Shown piece after piece: positions 24,380 to 26,497 of a DNA stretch of 26,497 nt; positions within the stretch are counted from its first letter, which is position 1; each line of letters begins with the position of its first letter. The position numbers were made by a program, and so were the translations under genes. The notes below the pieces were generated by a model that did not search any database, was not told the origin of the DNA, and worked only from the letters and a program-made list of their open reading frames with translations. The DNA lies in the IMG/VR virus record IMGVR_UViG_3300017766_004787, positions 1 through 26,497 of that record; one strand, given 5' to 3'. This DNA comes from a virus. Lineage: Duplodnaviria > Caudoviricetes.

Positions 24380-24537
24380 ACAACGACACGACCCCCTTCA
24401 TCGCCGGCGCCGGTCTCCTCGCCACCCTCGGCCTCAACGACATTAACGCTGCGATCTCGCTCCTCGTCGGCCTAGCCACCCTCGGCTACGTCGTCACCAA
24501 GTGGATCCTGATCTGGCGCCGCCGCCACGACGACTGA
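24376..24537 (+). CDS. Small membrane protein (second holin/antiholin-like)
   Basis: GTG start overlaps the upstream TGA; hydrophobic helix followed by a basic tail WRRRHDD. Confidence 0.55.
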   Translation: MNNDTTPFIAGAGLLATLGLNDINAAISLLVGLATLGYVVTKWILIWRRRHDD

Positions 24538-24545
24538 CCCAAACC

Positions 24546-24684
24546 GTTTCACAGAGCCGAGCCGGAGCCCAGCCCACAGAGCCCACAGAGTCTTCAACCT
24601 AATTTTTGATCCTTCAACTGGCGCGCCTGGCGCCTCCGTGCCCTCTGTGTCAGAGCTCCGGCTCGGCTCTGTGACACCCTCCGA
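24546..24684 (+). repeat. Repeat family D, copy 2, with nested family B element (24592-24626)
   Basis: Same 19-bp arms as copy 1 (24549-24567 and 24656-24674) but a different interior. Confidence 0.9.
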
Positions 24685-24696
24685 TTTCTCCCCTGT

Positions 24697-25650
24697 ATGT
24701 CTCCCACCACCCTCCGCACCGCCGCCCACGAAAAGACCATCGCGGCCCTGCGCTCGGAGCTGGTTCGCACTAAAAACCAACTCGCCACCGCCGTCGACTC
24801 CGCCGCCCAGGCGCGCAAGATCCGCGTCGCCCCACCCCGCCCCGGCACCGCCCGCCACCGCCAAGCCGGTGACATCGTCCGAGTCCTCATCCCCGATACC
24901 CACGGCGCCAAGATCGACCGTGCCGCGGTCTCGGCCCTTCTCGCGGATCTAAAAACCCTCGCCCCCCATGAAATCATCTTCCTTGGCGATCACGTCGACT
25001 GCGGCGGCTTCCTCGCCCAGCACCACGTCATGGGCTACGTCGCGGAAACGGCCTACAGCTACGAAACGGACATCGCCCACGCCAACGCCTTTCTTGACGA
25101 AGTCGCTGCCGCGGCGCCCGGTGCGAGTTGCGAATACATCGAAGGCAACCACGAGCGCCGCGTCGAGACGTGGGCCGTCACGCAAACCCTCCGCCACAAA
25201 TCCGATTCCGAAATGCTGCGGCGGCTCGTCGCCCCCGAGTTCCTCCTAAAACTCAAAGAGCGCGGCATCCCCTATCGCCGCCAGGGTGAGTTCTACGATC
25301 AGCTCCCCGTCCCCGGCGTGATCAAACGCGGCAAGTGTTTTTTCTTCCACGGCATCAGCACCGCCAAAAACGCCGTGGCCGCCACGATTGCCCGCATCGG
25401 CGGCAACTGTGTCTCGGCCCACACCCACCGCGCCCAGAGCGACATCATCCGCATGGTCGGCACCGGCGTCATCGGCTCATGGAACCCGGGTTGCCTCTGC
25501 GAAATGCAGCCCCTCTGGCAGCACACCGCGCCCACGAACTGGACGCAAGGCTACGCGGTCCAACTCGTGGCCCCGAGTGGCGCCTTCCTCCACCTGAATG
25601 TTCCCGTGCTCGGCGGCCAGACCCACCTCGCGAGCCTCTTCAAGCTGTAA
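24697..25650 (+). CDS. Calcineurin-like metallophosphoesterase
   Basis: Motifs DTH, GDHVD, GNHE, FHG and AHTHR in canonical order; N-terminal coiled coil. Confidence 0.9.
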   Translation: MSPTTLRTAAHEKTIAALRSELVRTKNQLATAVDSAAQARKIRVAPPRPGTARHRQAGDIVRVLIPDTHGAKIDRAAVSALLADLKTLAPHEIIFLGDHVDCGGFLAQHHVMGYVAETAYSYETDIAHANAFLDEVAAAAPGASCEYIEGNHERRVETWAVTQTLRHKSDSEMLRRLVAPEFLLKLKERGIPYRRQGEFYDQLPVPGVIKRGKCFFFHGISTAKNAVAATIARIGGNCVSAHTHRAQSDIIRMVGTGVIGSWNPGCLCEMQPLWQHTAPTNWTQGYAVQLVAPSGAFLHLNVPVLGGQTHLASLFKL

Positions 25651-25655
25651 CCCAA

Positions 25656-25738
25656 TCTTTCTCTTTCCTCTTTCTCTTAATCTTTCTCCCCTCCGAACCA
25701 CCTGACGAAAGAAGAAAGAGAAAGAGGAAAGAGAAAGA
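25656..25738 (+). repeat. Repeat family A, copy 6
   Basis: Same arms and core as copy 1. Confidence 0.9.
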
Positions 25739-25749
25739 AGCCCGAGCCA

Positions 25750-25959
25750 ATGAAACCCACCGACTTCCTCCCCCGCCCTGACAAAATCCCGCCCGGCTGG
25801 AAAACCACGGCGCAGTGGGCCAAGCAATGGAAACTCCAGCACCGCCACACCTCGCGCATCCTCGGCGGAGCGGTCGCTGCAGGCGACGTGCGCTGCAAGT
25901 CCTACCGGATCCGCACCGGCTCGATAGTCCGCCCCATCCCGCACTACGCCGCCGCCTAG
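25750..25959 (+). CDS. Small basic winged-helix-like protein
   Basis: PPGWKTTAQWAKQW...TSRIL...PIPHY, 69 aa. Confidence 0.55.
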   Translation: MKPTDFLPRPDKIPPGWKTTAQWAKQWKLQHRHTSRILGGAVAAGDVRCKSYRIRTGSIVRPIPHYAAA

Positions 25960-26345
25960 CGTCTCGCCTCGGCCGCCACCCGCCGCACCCACGGCGACAC
26001 CTTCTCCCGCAACCACCGCGCATTAAACCTTGCCGCCGATCGCCCGGCAGCCCCGAAAGGATTTTCCCCATTGCGCGCGGCGCTGTCCGCCGCCGACAAT
26101 TCACGGTCCACCGCTGCCGCTAGGCGCACGCTCTGCTTCGACAACTGGGCCGCCTGTAATTCTTCGGCCAGCTTCGCAAAATGTTCGAAACATTCGCGCG
26201 ACACCGGGTGCATCTTCTCGACCGCCCCCGGCGCCAAAGCCCGCGGGAAATCTTTTTTAAGTTGCTCGACGCGCGCCTCCTTTCCTGCCGGCACCGCCGC
26301 CCCTGCCAACGCGACCAAGCCGAGCCAAAGCAAAAACCATTTCAT
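25956..26345 (-). CDS. Secreted hypothetical protein (convergent; moron or host gene)
   Basis: MKWFLLWLGLVALAGA signal peptide; the stop overlaps the stop of the + strand gene; own promoter upstream. Confidence 0.65.
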   Translation of the reverse strand: MKWFLLWLGLVALAGAAVPAGKEARVEQLKKDFPRALAPGAVEKMHPVSRECFEHFAKLAEELQAAQLSKQSVRLAAAVDRELSAADSAARNGENPFGAAGRSAARFNARWLREKVSPWVRRVAAEARR

Positions 26346-26351
26346 CCCCGC

Positions 26352-26379
26352 ACCCTAACGCTGCCCGCACAGGCGTCAA
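26352..26379 (-). promoter_or_regulatory. Sigma70-like promoter, probably giving a leaderless mRNA
   Basis: Minus strand reads TTGACG-16 nt-TAGGGT-6 nt-ATG (26345). Confidence 0.45.
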
Positions 26380-26431
26380 CGCCCGCCGCCCTATGCCCTA
26401 CGCCGCGATCTCTGAACCGCGGAGAACAAAC

Positions 26432-26497
<66 letters not shown>

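Noticed and set aside
7477-25738. CRISPR array
   Set aside because: The repeats are dispersed kilobases apart with genes between them; there is no regular repeat-spacer period and no cas gene.

Overview
This GC-rich window, strongly C-skewed on the + strand, is the late (morphogenesis and lysis) region of a lambda-like siphophage or prophage. The host may be a Verrucomicrobiota/Opitutae-type bacterium; this is inferred only from gene and repeat style. Gene order on +: small and large terminase, gpW-like joining protein, portal, S49 protease, scaffold, major capsid, then a six-gene sugar-modification cassette (three glycosyltransferase-like genes, minimal TPP-dependent E1 beta and alpha subunits, a Zn-dependent dehydrogenase), neck and tail genes, a short tape measure, a Cys-rich Ig-domain protein, a fibre-like protein, holin/spanin genes with no recognisable endolysin, and a metallophosphoesterase. 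Unexplained structure includes: (i) a circularly permuted tRNA-Glu-like cloverleaf at 12867-12935; (ii) several families of periodic palindromic repeats at many gene junctions, some sitting in frame inside proteins; (iii) six intergenic TTGACACC boxes, one at the tip of a perfect 15-bp hairpin; (iv) signal-peptide-like N-termini on the fibre-like protein and its neighbour. The terminal poly-C run is probably an artefact. All calls come from reading motifs by eye; no database searches were run.
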